Origin: Schmidtea polychroa
Lineage: Eukaryota
Length of the DNA: 64,000 nt
NCBI GenBank assembly: GCA_044892525.1
Contig: CM097885.1
Coordinates: forward strand, 69,130,001-69,194,000
Direction of reading: 5' to 3'
Shown here one piece after another: positions 34,414 to 47,294 of the stretch (position 1 is the first letter of the stretch; each line of letters opens with the position of its first letter). Position numbers and translations under genes: made by a program. The notes beneath the pieces are model-generated. The model saw only the letters and a list, made by a program, of their open reading frames with translations. It had not been told where the DNA came from and made no database searches.

Positions 34414-35120
34414 TAAGTAATCCTTGTTTAAACTTTTGAAAAATTTAAATTTGTTCATCTGTAATATTTACACAGTAAATTATTATATAATTTTAGTTTT
34501 TTAATATTTCAGATTTATAATGCCTAATTACCAAACCAACTAGCTCCGTCGGTGCTGGGTGAGCTGTTGGAGCCATAGGTTCACATCTCATCCTCACTTA
34601 GACAAAGTTGTCGGCTTCGGTACGGTCATCTTTAACTAGTGATTCATTTTTAACTCAGATTTTATATCTAAATGATCCACACCTAGCAAAAATATTGATA
34701 TGGAAATTATTTCAATGTAGTTAACTGCTCTCGACCTTAACTCATAGCGGATGTTAAGTTATGCTCTAGTTTCAAACCGAAAAAAGGAAAGAGACTAATA
34801 ATCATAATAATGGTATTAATAATGATAATAAAATTAATATTAATACTAGCAGTAATAGGATTTATAATAACAGCAACTATAATAATGATGAAATTCTAGA
34901 GAATAATATGCGTCTTATTAAAATAATAATGATCCTATTAACTATAATAGTAAAGCTGTGTATGTCATCGTAGCCTATGAAGATGGGAAAATAGCCTTGA
35001 TTGTTGAAGTTTAGCATATATATCATTCATAGTAAGAATTATAACTTAGTCAACTATCGTGATATAACCTGGGGAGAGGGTATTTGTGAAAATCATGCTT
35101 TCATGAATTTAACATACTTG

Positions 35121-36141
35121 TGTTGGGTTATTGAGTTGGTGATAAAATTTAATGTTCTTTATATAATTCACAAATAACACTTGACAACAGAAATCTATAT
35201 TCATAATCACAAATAATCTTTCTCTTTACACTGGCAATAGATTCAACACTCTGCTTGGTGACTATACAATGATTATTACAACACTCGGTGAGGAATAGCA
35301 CTTGTGTATAACACCGGATTAAAAGATCACAAATTACTGATTGGTTTATCAACTGGAATTTTGAGCTGGTTGTTTTCTTTGATTTTCTTCCAAACTTTAT
35401 TCAAATAATAACTTCTTCTAACTTCTTTTCGATTTATTATTCAACTAATTCTTTCCAACTCTTCTCCAATAATTATTTTCCACAATTATTTCCTTTACAA
35501 TTATTTTGACAATCGTTTGTCCAACAACGTTTCGTCCAACGTCTAATTTTCTCCAATAATTTTATTTCTCAAATCGTCTCTCAAATCGTATCTTAAATCG
35601 TCTCTCAAATTGTCTCTCAAATTGTCTCTCAAATCGTTTTCAATTTCGTGTCACTTTGTCTCTAATTTTTCTTCTAATTTTGTTCTCTTTTCATGTTCAC
35701 CAGTTTTCCCTTATATAGTTCGCTTCTCTTGTGGCACTCCAGATAATCAAGTGTTTTCCCACTTTCCTTCTCCTGCTTTTCCCGACTGTCCCATTTTTAT
35801 ATCTGACAGCTGTCAAGTTGTTTTTCCCTTTTACCTTTTTTGTTTGACCGCCTTCTCCCATCAATTCTATTATCACTGGCAAGCTGTCGAGATAAGGATA
35901 TTGTTGTTTTCCTTTTTCCCCGATTTCAAAATTCCTTTTCTTTTTTGTAGTAATTAATTAGTACTGACCTTGATTTTTATTTTCCTGTTTGATAACTTTT
36001 ATTTCATTTCTCTTTCTCATTTTTAATTTCTTTTCACTTCCGTTTTCTTTTAAGTTTCTATAGGCCGTACCGTTTGTCATGGCGATCTTCCCAGAGGTAA
36101 TTTTATTTATTTCTTTATAAATTGTCAAAAGAGTTACAACA
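35121..36141 (-). repeat. Solo-LTR-like element (family copy B)
   Basis: TGTTG...CCCAACA termini on the minus strand; homologous to copies A and C. No TSD found. Confidence 0.7.
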
Positions 36142-37019
36142 TGCAAACACATACTTCAACAGTGGTCGCCCAACTTCTGCCAGTGAGGCTGATAATGCGG
36201 CTTCATTGCGCAAGCGTCGCCTGGTGCATTCTCGTTTGTCCGACTTACATTTCAGTTATCGTCGAATCGTCTGGTTCTACCACTCGTATGTTCACACTTC
36301 GCGGTGAAAAGATATGATGTTCTTATCTGAATTCTTGTCGGCTTTTATTTTCACTAGTATAATTATTATTACTTTGTTTAAAATGATGTTAATGGTTTTA
36401 ATTTTCACTGCTGTCAGTATAATTTAGTTAATTCGTGCAATTTAAATTCAATTTTTCAAAATCGTACAAAATGATTCACTGAATTGAAATACATAATTTA
36501 TAAATTGGCTACATTCTGTATCATTTTTTACCATAAATTGACGAGAATTTAAGTCGAATAACTTAATTACTCGCATCACATAGTCCACTGAGATGAGCTT
36601 CTATGGTCAGTTATATCAATTTTTTCGATTTTTAGTAAAATTTTGTTTGAGTAACTCGAAAATGCGCTGAGTCGATTTAAATAAATTGCTCACGCCAAAG
36701 AGCTTACTGAACATTTATGAGACGAGCCCTTAATGTTCTGTATTGAGACCTTGGTAACTGCGAACAAACTAAAAAAACCTTTCCAGTTCACTTTAATATA
36801 ATTTAGTTTTGCCTTATGATTGTTTTCTTTTGCAACAGAAGGCTACAAGGGATGAAAACTTTCTGTTCTTCACTTTACATAAATTTTAATTAACATGACT
36901 TTTGACTAAAACACACATTGTCTTAAACGCAGCCATATCTAGTAAAAAGAGATTATGTCAAAACTGACACATCCATAGTTATAGGTACATTGTAATTTCC
37001 GTGCGTCTAGTGTTAAGTG

Positions 37020-37340
37020 ATCATAATTTGAAATTACAAGGCAAAAAAAACTCATCACTCAGTTGTACGATGATATCAAATGCTTCATTGCAAAACTAAA
37101 ATTATGGAAGACACAGTTGTCACGTATAAAATTTGGTTCATTTTCCTAATTGCAATGTTCGGTTTCATTTATTTATGTGAACAGTTATTTTCATTTATGA
37201 AATTAACCAAAGCATCCCAAATGATAAAGCTTATTGATAAACATTTGTCAACCTTAAAAATGGGAACGACAAACCCATTTAAGCCGAACATAAAAATAAT
37301 TGTTATGAAAAAGAGGCATCAAACCTCAGGACAAAAATAA
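37020..37340 (+). pseudogene. Internally deleted hAT (SPIN-like) transposase relic
   Basis: NLKLQGKKKLITQLYDDIKCFIAKLKLWKTQL joined to AMFGFIYLCEQLFSFMKLTK...KHLSTLK...KKRHQTS. Confidence 0.75.
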
Positions 37341-37559
37341 TTCTAATTGTAATAAATAAACTGTTTTTTGAAAATGTAAATTGCTTTTTTTCATCTCATC
37401 ATTTAAAATCTCGATCAGAATTATTATATATAGCGTTGGGACAATAGCTTAATTTAGTCGTTATAGTAAGTATGCAACGGCTATTTTTGATGTTGAAGTC
37501 AATATGTTGTCAGTTCGGAAGGTGAAAAAATCAAATCTAAGCACACTGATCCAAAATAT

Positions 37560-37964
37560 GTGTTGGTAGGACGTCATTCTGAAGGTTTCAGAAAATTTAA
37601 ACATAAAATCCTCAAACATAAGGCTATATTTAGGATTGTTTCAACGTTTTGCAAGGTTGGTAGCATGTTCACTAATAAGTCTCTAACTCCAGTTGGTTTG
37701 TGTTCAGAACTCGTGTATCAATTTCAATGTAATGGGTGTAATGCCACAAACATTGGAGATACTGCCCGTCATCGCTGCACTCGAGTTTTTGAGCATTGTC
37801 GACGGAATGGATTTACCCACATTAATGATCATTTTAGGAGGTGTATCAATAAAAAAATAAGTATTGCTGATTTTAAGATCTTGTCGAAGAGTTTGAGTAA
37901 TTACTGGAAACGAGTAACATACGAGGCGTTGTTGATTAGATCTTTAAATCCTATAATTCTATAA
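37560..37964 (+). pseudogene. Penelope-like element GIY-YIG endonuclease relic
   Basis: LVYQFQCNGCNATNIGDTAR...RVFEH...HINDH...DFKIL...YEALLIRSLNP. Confidence 0.8.
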
Positions 37965-38202
37965 TCCTATAAGTATTTTGAATGTACTTAAATAATTTAA
38001 CTTTTATATTTAATATTTGGGATGATGTTGTTTGTAAAAGTTTTTTGTATGAGAATGTTAACAATTTTCATGCTTTTTTAAAATTAAAATAAGTCTTATA
38101 TGATTAAAAAAATGTTTTTCAAAATTTTATTAAAATATCTTTTTGATACATTTATTAATTTGTTTGAATATTATTTTCATTTAATTGTGATTAATACGAT
38201 TC

Positions 38203-38460
38203 TTAGCCTGAGAAAAATGTTAAACGGTCGAAATATATAGCAATGTTATATTTTAATGTACTTAGTTGGCGATTTTCTATTATAAAAACGTTGCCTTCGT
38301 TTTGATTATTTATAATACAAAATGTTACAGTGCTTCCTAAATTTTTGATGTGATCCGCGGCGTACTCAAAATACCTTATGCGTTCCTTGGTGCATTTTGA
38401 GTTTGACGCCCTATATACAATGATAAAGACGATTCTTATTGGTAGTTCAAGGAATGTCAA
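38203..38460 (-). pseudogene. Possible LINE AP-endonuclease fragment
   Basis: IRIVFIIVYRASNS resembles the IxxVYRPPxS motif; no other motifs preserved. Confidence 0.35.
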
Positions 38461-39591
38461 TATTTCGTAATAGTCAATATGTTGGGGTTCAGTAAGAACC
38501 GGAATAAAAGATATTAGGAAAGCTTTTGAATTAAAAAAAATTAATTATTAATAGTATTAAATAATTACCAAAAATAGAACTAAAATTACTAATTTTAGAA
38601 TTTAATTATAAATAGTAATAAACAATTACTATATTTAGATTCTTAACAAAAATAGTATTTAAATAAAAATAAGTAGTAAAAATAGTAATTAAATAATTAT
38701 TATTAATAAAATAGATTAAATAAAAATAATACAAATACCGTTGTAAATTTTAGTTTGGGATACAAAATAGGAGAGACGAAAAGAAAAGACAATATATTTA
38801 GGAGGCTCACGATTAAGTAAACGAAAGCAAAAGCTATTTTTAGAAAATAATCGAGACAGTTCTAATTTCTATAAATTATTTATCGATCGGTGATATTTAA
38901 TGCGGAATATATTATTTCATCATTGTTTCACAAGAGTCAAAACGATTCTAGTTAGTTTATTAATTAATTACAATAATAATAAATATTCACATTTTAATAT
39001 TTAAAGATTTAAATATATCTAAAGGGCACAGTCATCAGCCAACATTTTTTGTAGCTGTTTTGACTGTTTTAAATAAAACTATTAACCAATTATCTGGGTT
39101 AATAGTATCGCGGTTAAATTTCGGGAATCCCTCTTCCTTATCCTTTCACCTATATCGGGCTGCTGGCGCCTTTAGGGTCAGCCTTGATTCTTTAAAATAA
39201 TCTTTAGGGCGGTTTGTATAACCGATATCTGTACTTCAGCGTGCAGCTAGTTATTTTTGGGATTATTTGTTTACCAATTTTTGTGGTTAATACATATTTA
39301 GTTTTAATAAAACTTTAAATCATATTGTTATTTATTTATTTAATAAACACGCGCAACCTAACAGATAATTTGTGGAGTCAAATCTTTTTGTGTTAGATCG
39401 AACGACCCATCGAACCTAACAAATAACTCATAGTTTTTAATATTAAAAAAATTGCAAATTTGTAAAATGTATGTTCAAATAAATTGGAAAAAATAAGGCC
39501 ACAAAAATATGTTTTGTCAATCAAATTCATAACATTAAAGTGACTAGTCTAATGCTTGTAACCAATCATAAAACTAGCATCAGTTTAAATG

Positions 39592-40846
39592 TCAACAGAA
39601 AACACTAAAGAAATTATGCTCCAACAAATTTCCAGCATTCTCCCTATCTTGGTAATTTTCTCTCAAACAAATGTTGATTAAATTTTGCAAATCGGACGAA
39701 GTTTCTTCTGGAAACACAAACGGTATTCTTTTAAATTCAGATATCTGTTTACATACACTGCTTGATACCATACCGGGAAATGGTTCTTGTCCTTTATGGT
39801 GGGTTTATTATAATAGGTATAGCATATAGCACTACCTGTAACAAGTTCGACAAGAATAGCTCCAAATGACCAGATATCGGATTTTAGACTGGCTAATTTC
39901 TTAATTATTATTTCCGGTGCCATATAATTGTATGAGCCAGGCTTAGAAGTGAAAATTCCCCCACAAAGTGCCTCCAACGTTTGACCTTGCATATATTTCG
40001 CCATATCAAAACCAGAAATTTTGATATCCTTATTTCCATCCAACAAAATACACGATGCTGTCATAATCTAATTCACAATGATAGACTGAATTCAAACTTA
40101 CTTTTCAAATCACAATGAATAACTCTTTCACTGTGTAAATAAACTAAACCCTCTAGAATTTGTTTTGCCCATTTACCAATCAAATCTATAGAAACAGAAA
40201 CATTTTCTCGCACATACTCACGGAGTGATCCCTCAACATATACATTTAAAATTAACACGGGAAGAATTTAATTATTACTCCTTTCATATATTCCATTACC
40301 ATGTAAAAGTAGGAATCATCTTTGTGATAGCTATTCAAATGCATAATTCTGGGATTATTCCCTAATCGCTCATATGCGAATAATTCTCGCCAAATTTGCT
40401 TGTAGGTTTGTTCAGTGGAAACATATTTTTTAATTGCCAATGCTCCATCAACTGTCTTGAACACCTTAGAAAATGAGCCATCGTGTAACTTACTTTCCAA
40501 TTTTATTTGATCACCAAGGCTTATTAATATATTTTACACATTCGTAAAAATCAAAAAATAATACTCCGAGATCCAGATATAAATCAGAGTTGATTTGGAG
40601 ATATCTTCATAATCTCTCATTAATTTATTATCTTCCAACAATGTTACACGTTGATCATACACATTGTTATGATTAGTTTCCAAGTTACAAAACAATGCTA
40701 AAGAATCTACTGATTTATTTGGAGCAATTCCTTTTACTGTTCTTTCCTTAAACATTTTTACGCTTTCTAAGTTAGAGAAAGTCATATTACTTTCCTGGGT
40801 TAAACTTGAAATGTTATATAGAGATACAGAAGAAACACGATGTAAC
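39592..40846 (-). CDS. Ubiquitin-like domain plus protein kinase (probable pseudokinase), copy 2; first exon not resolved
   Basis: Same exon structure as copy 1: introns 40520-40564 (45 nt), 40232-40278 (47), 40058-40101 (44) and a 44-nt intron after ELVTG. ALAIKKY, HCDLKTSCILL, KISGFD, GSYNYMAPE, SDIWSFG; stop at 39592-39594. Confidence 0.85.
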
Positions 40847-41464
40847 CTGAATTATTATTTGGTAATAATATATATTTACTATGATATAAAATTAATATTA
40901 ATATATTAACAGATAAATCTCATTGCTATGACTTGGACCTTGCTTTGTCGTGAGAATATAATTAAATTAATGAATTAAATAAATAATTAAATAAAAGTAA
41001 AATAAAATATTAAATAATTGTATGCTGTGAATTGATGTGGTATGCAGATTCTTATGCTTACATTACTGCTAGTATTTAATTGAGCATTAATATATTGAAT
41101 GAGCATTAATATAATAAAAATGTATTATTCTGTGTTGATTATTATTTTTTATTAATGATTTGTGCAAGGAAAACCTGTAGAGCCCGACAGCGTCTCCAGT
41201 GAAAATATGTAGCGGGACAGTCGGTGTTCCTGTATGTAATGCGCGTTACAATAATAAATTAACAAAATTTAACCAACAATTTTAATTCTGAAATTTTAAA
41301 TAACACTAAAAATTATTAACCTTAATCGGTTAATTAATCAAGGATTTCAGTTCAGTTGGAAATAGATTAGTATTTTCAGAGTCGAATGGATCAGGAATTT
41401 ACTTGACGTTCGAATCTAGGAGAATGGATCGTGAATCGTATAGTTCAAGATTCTGGTCGAAAGT

Positions 41465-41660
41465 AGTATACTGTAGCTTCTCGTTTTCTTCTTTCCACAA
41501 ATTTTATTTTCCTTTAGATTCTAGAAATAGTAATATACTATAGCTTCAGGTTTTCTTCTTTTTCACAAATTTTATTTTATTTTGGGTTTATAGGTTCTGG
41601 TTTTCTTCTTTTCACCGATTTTATTTTCTTTTAGATTTTGGAAATCCTAATATTTTTTTC
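41465..41660. repeat. Degenerate tandem repeat, about three copies of GTTTTCTTCTTTTCACAAATTTTATTTT...
   Basis: Core motif recurs near 41480, 41550 and 41600. Confidence 0.6.
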
Positions 41661-42399
41661 CGTTTGTGTTTTGTAAATTCTTTATAGTAAATTATTACTA
41701 TAGAGAATTACTATATAGGTCTTTTAATTATATCGCAGGGTCTGTGACTCGGATTAAGTTAGATTGAGTATTTTGTATTTACATTGAAAAAATATATATG
41801 TAAACCAGTAACATTACATTACAATAATAAAGATTTAGCATTAATTTAATATTATAGAAATTATTTTTGATCATTGATTTATTTAAAGAATTACATTAAT
41901 TTAAATGAAAAAATACATTAATCAATTTAAGAAAAAACATTAGACAAAAAGACCATTATTTAATATTATTTTGAAATTGAAAAATCACAGAACATTATTT
42001 ATAAAATTGGCATTATTGCGCCCTGTGTGGTTCATATATCTGGCGCCCATAAAACCCGAATTCAAATCAGCCTACTATAATAATTATAATATTCATGTTG
42101 AGATTGTTAACTATATATTCATCTCCAGCTATTATAATAGGTGGTAATGCTCTTAAAATTCTGTTGCTAATTGAAAAAATGACAGGAGCCCATTTTGTGG
42201 ACTAACATTTTTCAAAATACACACCTACGAAAGCACGCTAATGGACCAGTCCAATCAGCAATGTTAAAGATAGGCTAGTTAGTGTGACGTTTTTTCGTGC
42301 AGGCCATTTGATAATTTCTTTTATTTATATTTTGTTATTTTTTGGTAACAGTAAAAAATGTTACATTCCAATTTTACGCCACCCTTGTTACGGCCCTGT

Positions 42400-42720
42400 C
42401 ATTATTTTAGTAAAGTTGTTTTAGGTTTCGAAAGTCTTCCCTAATTGCGCTTGGTTCCAATATCGACATTTTCTGCCTCTGGTGGTGGTTTTGCAATACT
42501 TTAATCTGATAGCCATACCAACCACATGTTTGCAAATGTAGTGCTTTATAAATGCAGGGTAGGTTCAATATTGTTCCTTGTTTTTGTAGGCGTGAAAAGG
42601 TACCCACTTTGTTCGAGTTTGTTTTGAGTGTTTTGTATTAGAAGCTGTGTTGTCTTGGGTGTTGTCTATTTCTTCTTCTGTATCGCTTGAATAATGTGCT
42701 AAGCGTTGTGATTGAGCCAT
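42400..42720 (-). pseudogene. SWIM zinc-finger (MULE-like) transposase relic, N- and C-termini with the middle deleted
   Basis: ATG at 42720; YPAFIKHYICKHVVGMAIRLKYCK then, after a frameshift, PPEAENVDIGTKRN*GRLSKPKTTLLK*, matching the C-terminal pattern of invertebrate SWIM transposases. Confidence 0.6.
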
Positions 42721-43393
42721 TTAAAACTTTGAATTTGAATTTTTTATTCATATTAATAAATATAAACAACGATTACTTTTCAAAAAATTAATGCTCATCC
42801 AATTTAATTAATGCTAAATTTCTTTAATTCTCATTAAAAAAAAATAATGCTCGTTTAAATATAAGTGTTACATTATTTGACGCTGAATAAAAATCTTAGC
42901 GGAGATTTGTTTAAATATTGCAAAAAAATTGCATTTTTTAAATTTAATAAATATTAGTATTTAATTATGAATATTATAAACACTAAAAGTATAACAACTA
43001 ACATGGCGAACACGATGGACAATTTTATTAAACCGTCAGCAGAATTCAATTTTTTATTAATCCAAAGTATTTATTGCAATCAATTCCTTACAAATTCAAA
43101 AACTTTTAGTATCCAGGAAATTACAGATCTTAATAATTTTCATCTGACTTTTTACATGGTTTATTAATTTTTATAAAAAATAATAAAAACAAAAAGTTTA
43201 TTAATAGCATGCAAAAAATAAAATTATGAGCTAAGCCACGAAGGTAATCCATTCTGTCACGATTACCATAATCTCGAACAATACGTTGAACACGAAGAGT
43301 ACTGTCTCGGTAATGTGTTTTGACTGCAGGATTATGAGTACCACTGAATTTCCCACGATTAATTTGCCGAATACGATTTCCATTTAATCTCAT

Positions 43394-43433
<40 letters not shown>

Positions 43434-43499
43434 TGTTTTAAATTTTAAAATAACAGCATTAATTTCGATTTAACTAGTTTAAAATATCTTTTAGGATAT

Positions 43500-44180
43500 T
43501 TTCCTTGCAAGATCGAGATTGTAGAGAGGGTGATCTAAGAGAAAAAATCCATCTTCTCAATTACAACCGCACTTTTATTACCACAGAGAAGCCATAGATA
43601 GAGACCGCATAGTTTTCCGAGATTAAGTTTGTATATGTTCACGAGAATGCTGTAGTAGGCGTGATTAATTCACTTTGATTCACAAAAATTGTCAACTTCA
43701 ATCACTTTCGATGACATGTTCGAAATCTCATCTTCCTGGAACTTCTTTTTTTACCGGATTAACGCTGTCTCAGAAACATACATGGATAAAGGGGTTTCAT
43801 CAACAGTAATGATATTTTTGAGGAATTGGCCGTCATGCCCATCAAAAATGAGAAGGTTTGTCTGGCAGCATTCCTTCGGAAATAAAACGTAGGGCGGTCC
43901 TAGATGCCAATTATCTCACTTCAGATTCATCCTGGATGTCATATGCACCTCCGGTATTTACATTAAACCGTTGTGAGATATCCTTGATAGTGATTCAGTG
44001 TTTTCCTTTCACAATTTGCAAACATTCCTCCTTTTTTGATCGGAAACTCCACAATGATGACCAACTCTCTAATCATAAAACACTGATTGGCAACCACGTT
44101 TGAACTGGCTAATCTAATTATAGATTGTAGTATGAGGGGAATATATTTCCATAAATTGTATGCAACGGATTCCATATTTG
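43500..44180 (-). pseudogene. Mariner/Tc1 transposase relic
   Basis: QFLKNIITVDETPLSMYVSET (first catalytic Asp region) and an upstream HTH-like segment (NQCFMIRELVIIV); many stops and frameshifts. Confidence 0.55.
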
Positions 44181-44339
44181 CTGATTGTTATCACCACATA
44201 CAAAACAAAGAATTTACTCGATAGAATATAACATGACTTGACAAATAAATTGAAAATGCATTCACCTATGCATGTGTTGGGATATTATTTTTGCAAAGTC
44301 GGTTTTCTTTGACTTCTCGTGTTCTTTATCAAACAAACC

Positions 44340-44810
44340 ATCGAAACCCAACACAGAATAAATTTATTAAATTTCAATCACATGAACATTTTGCCCCTGC
44401 TCGCGAAGGTAGAAATCCAGGGGTCAATCGACTCCTCTGGTACGAGTTTAGAATTGCTTTAAATTACTAGAATCTATTTATTGATCGATAACTGACTTTA
44501 GTGATAGCTCTTTACTTCTTTTTATTTCTTCGAACAACTCGCTTCTCGCCTGTTTCTGAGCTCTCTTTTTATACTCTTTCTGCCATGGGAATTATCTACA
44601 TGATTTGAAATTATTGGGAATTATCGGTATTCATGGAACCTTGGGTAAATATTTTGAAGGTTATTCCAACAGTTTAATTTGTTTACCCTTCATTCATGTT
44701 GGGCGGAGTTTGCTTTCCCTATCCGGGTGTCAGTGCACTGCGGGTTTTCTTCAGCGTTCGGGTTTCCCATTACGGATTGATTAACTTTAATTAATTTGTT
44801 TTTACGTTAT
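44340..44810 (-). repeat. Diverged LTR-like fragment related to the middle of copy C
   Basis: Shares the TAATGGGAAACCCGA...ACCCGGATAG...GGGTAAACAA motif series with 21335-21440. Confidence 0.4.
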
Positions 44811-45690
44811 AAATTTTCCTGTGAGCCCTTTACTAAATTTTCGTTATTATTTCTGAATTTTTCTTTTAATTTGGCGTTAAACCATGCCCATTTCCCCGAT
44901 TAATATCGATTTTCGATTTTTATTAATTTTTAATTATTTTTTTTGTACTTTTGTTGTTTGGAGCTTTTAATTGATTTTTCGGGTTTTAATACAAACCCTA
45001 ACACATGTGAATATTAGAACAAACTATCTTTCTGTAACCATAGATAATATATTATGATTTCACTAGAATATTGTTAAAGTAATATTACTTTTTATTGAGT
45101 GGTCCTGGTACTTATTGAAGGCACCACGTATGTTATCTTTAACAAGGATTTATTCGACAGTAGCTTAAATGCTATACAAAAATCAAGTGAGTAATATAAA
45201 ATTATAGCTCTAACACATACAATTGGCAAGGTTATAACTTAATGCAAATTACGGATGTGATGAATTGATCATAAATTAATCTTTAAGTGCTGAAAGTTTT
45301 ATTGAAGTTATAACATATGACGTCAGTAATGAGAACAAGGAAAACTATAAAGAAAACAAGGGTGAAATTTCAAAAATTCCAACATCCTTAAACGCTCTAT
45401 TAATATTATTTACCTCCACCAATCACATTACATCGATTTTTAGGATTCTCAACAAATTTATCAACACTTTTTACTGAAATTCGAAAAGTAGCAACCCCAT
45501 TGACATATATATTTATCCACCTCTGTTTCAATATTAATTAAACCACTCAACAATTAGTAATTCTCTAATTTCAGTGAATTAAATATAGATATTATTAAAT
45601 TAAGCGGATGTAAGCATTATCAACAACTGTTTAAAAAATAATAATGATATTATTAATACTCTAATCTAAAAATGAATAAAATTTAAATAC

Positions 45691-45980
45691 TTTTCAAATA
45701 CAACTACCGTATCTCCATTATTCAATCCACATTCAAATATAGTTCCGTCTCTAAGTTCAGTCAGACCTTTCATAATTGATTCAATTTCTATGTCATAGTT
45801 TTGGGAAATTAAATATTTTAATTCATCTATCGTATTTTGTTCACCAATTTGAATAGCTTTTTGGAAATTAAATTCATGATTTTCTTCACCAATTACTTGA
45901 AGATCTAAAGATATAATTCTATATCGTTTAATTTAATTTTAATAATTCAATTTATTTAATTACTTTAAAAATGTCTCCAT
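45691..45980 (-). CDS. Small ubiquitin-like protein, copy 2; 3' exon unresolved
   Basis: ATG at 45980, 45-nt intron, ...QNTIDELKYLI...LRDGTIFECGLNNGDTVVVFEK|GT; paralog of 23510-23801. Confidence 0.6.
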
Positions 45981-46389
45981 TTTATTGTTTCAGATTATTG
46001 AAATGAATATTGTATTTTTTACGAAAAATGTCATGACAATAATCAGGAATTCTATTAATTTTCAAATATAGGTCATGTAGATTTTTTGGGAGTTATATTT
46101 CTTATTTATTGCATGTAAATTAAATCGATTAATTATTTTTTAATAATAACAAAATATCAAATAATATGCTTAATATGTAAAGAAATATGTAAAAGCTTTA
46201 ATATTCATGATTTACTTCGGTAACAATTTTGTTTAGTTTAATTATGCAGATGTCACTATTACGCCCATCAGCCGTATTCGGCCTACAAGGGCTTTTTAAC
46301 CCGACTCTGGCTATTCTTAATCTAATGAATACTTCTCTCCAAAGGAAAATTCTATTATTTTCTTGAAAAATTGTTTATTATCAATTTTA

Positions 46390-47294
46390 TGATTCTCCTT
46401 CTCATACCATCTTTATTTATGATATGGCAAAAAAACTTAGTTTCACATTTCAAAAAGTGAGATTTCTCTCGACTCAACTTTAATCCAGATGTTTTAATTC
46501 TGTTTAGGACATTTTTTACTCTTTTATGTGTTCCTCCTTAGTATTTGAAAATATTAAGACGTCGTCCAGGTACACTACAGCTTCTTTCCAATTTAGTGAT
46601 CCAAGCACTTTGTTCATTAATTTCTGGAAAGTAGCAGGAGCCGCTGCTATCCCAAATGGCATACGATTGAAGCAATATTGCTCATTCTTTGTAGAGAAAG
46701 CCGTTTTCGTTTTTTGAATCTTCAGTTAACTCCACTTGGTAATATGCACTGCCTAAATCCAGTGTTGTGAAAAATCACGATCCATTAAGAGCGTCTATCA
46801 TTTCTTCTGTATTTGGTATTGGAAAAATAGGTCGCTCTGTTACTAAATTTAATGCTCGAAAATCTAAGCAAATGCTTATCTCATCTTTGTCTTTCTTTTT
46901 AATGCATACCAGTGGCGAATTCCGTGGTGATTCGCATTTCTTTATAATACCATTCTTTTCCATCTCGTTAATATTTTCTTCTATTTTCGATAAGAGGTGT
47001 AATGGTTTACGTCTTGGGTTAATAAGAATTGGAGGTCCTGTCGTATTTATCTCATGTTGTCCTATTTCTGTTTTACCAATGTCCCATTTATGTTTCATAA
47101 ATACTGTCTCATATTCTTCAATCAATTTCTCGATTTCTTTGTTTTCTTTTTCCATTTTTAAAAATCCTCTTTCTTTTGTTCAATATAACTTATCTCTTAT
47201 TTCTCACTGTCGGGTTATTGGGTTGGTGATAAAATTAGATTTCTTACTCTGACTCCAAGCGTGTCTTTGACTGACCCACAAATAACAATTAACA
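46390..47294 (-). pseudogene. Gypsy RT relic with adjacent LTR U5 fragment (47208-47294)
   Basis: SPRNSPLV, ICLDFRALN, TLDLGSAYYQV, then after a frameshift MPFGIAAAPATFQKLM and YLDD. The neighbouring fragment matches the CCCAACA end of the solo-LTR family. Confidence 0.85.

Noticed and set aside
20730-36165. TSDs for the solo-LTR-like copies
   Set aside because: Flanking 4-6 mers do not match at any boundary tested, so precise solo-LTR status is unproven.
42010-42400. Possible hAT MITE starting CAGGGCCGTAAC on the minus strand
   Set aside because: A matching second TIR and an 8-bp TSD could not be found.
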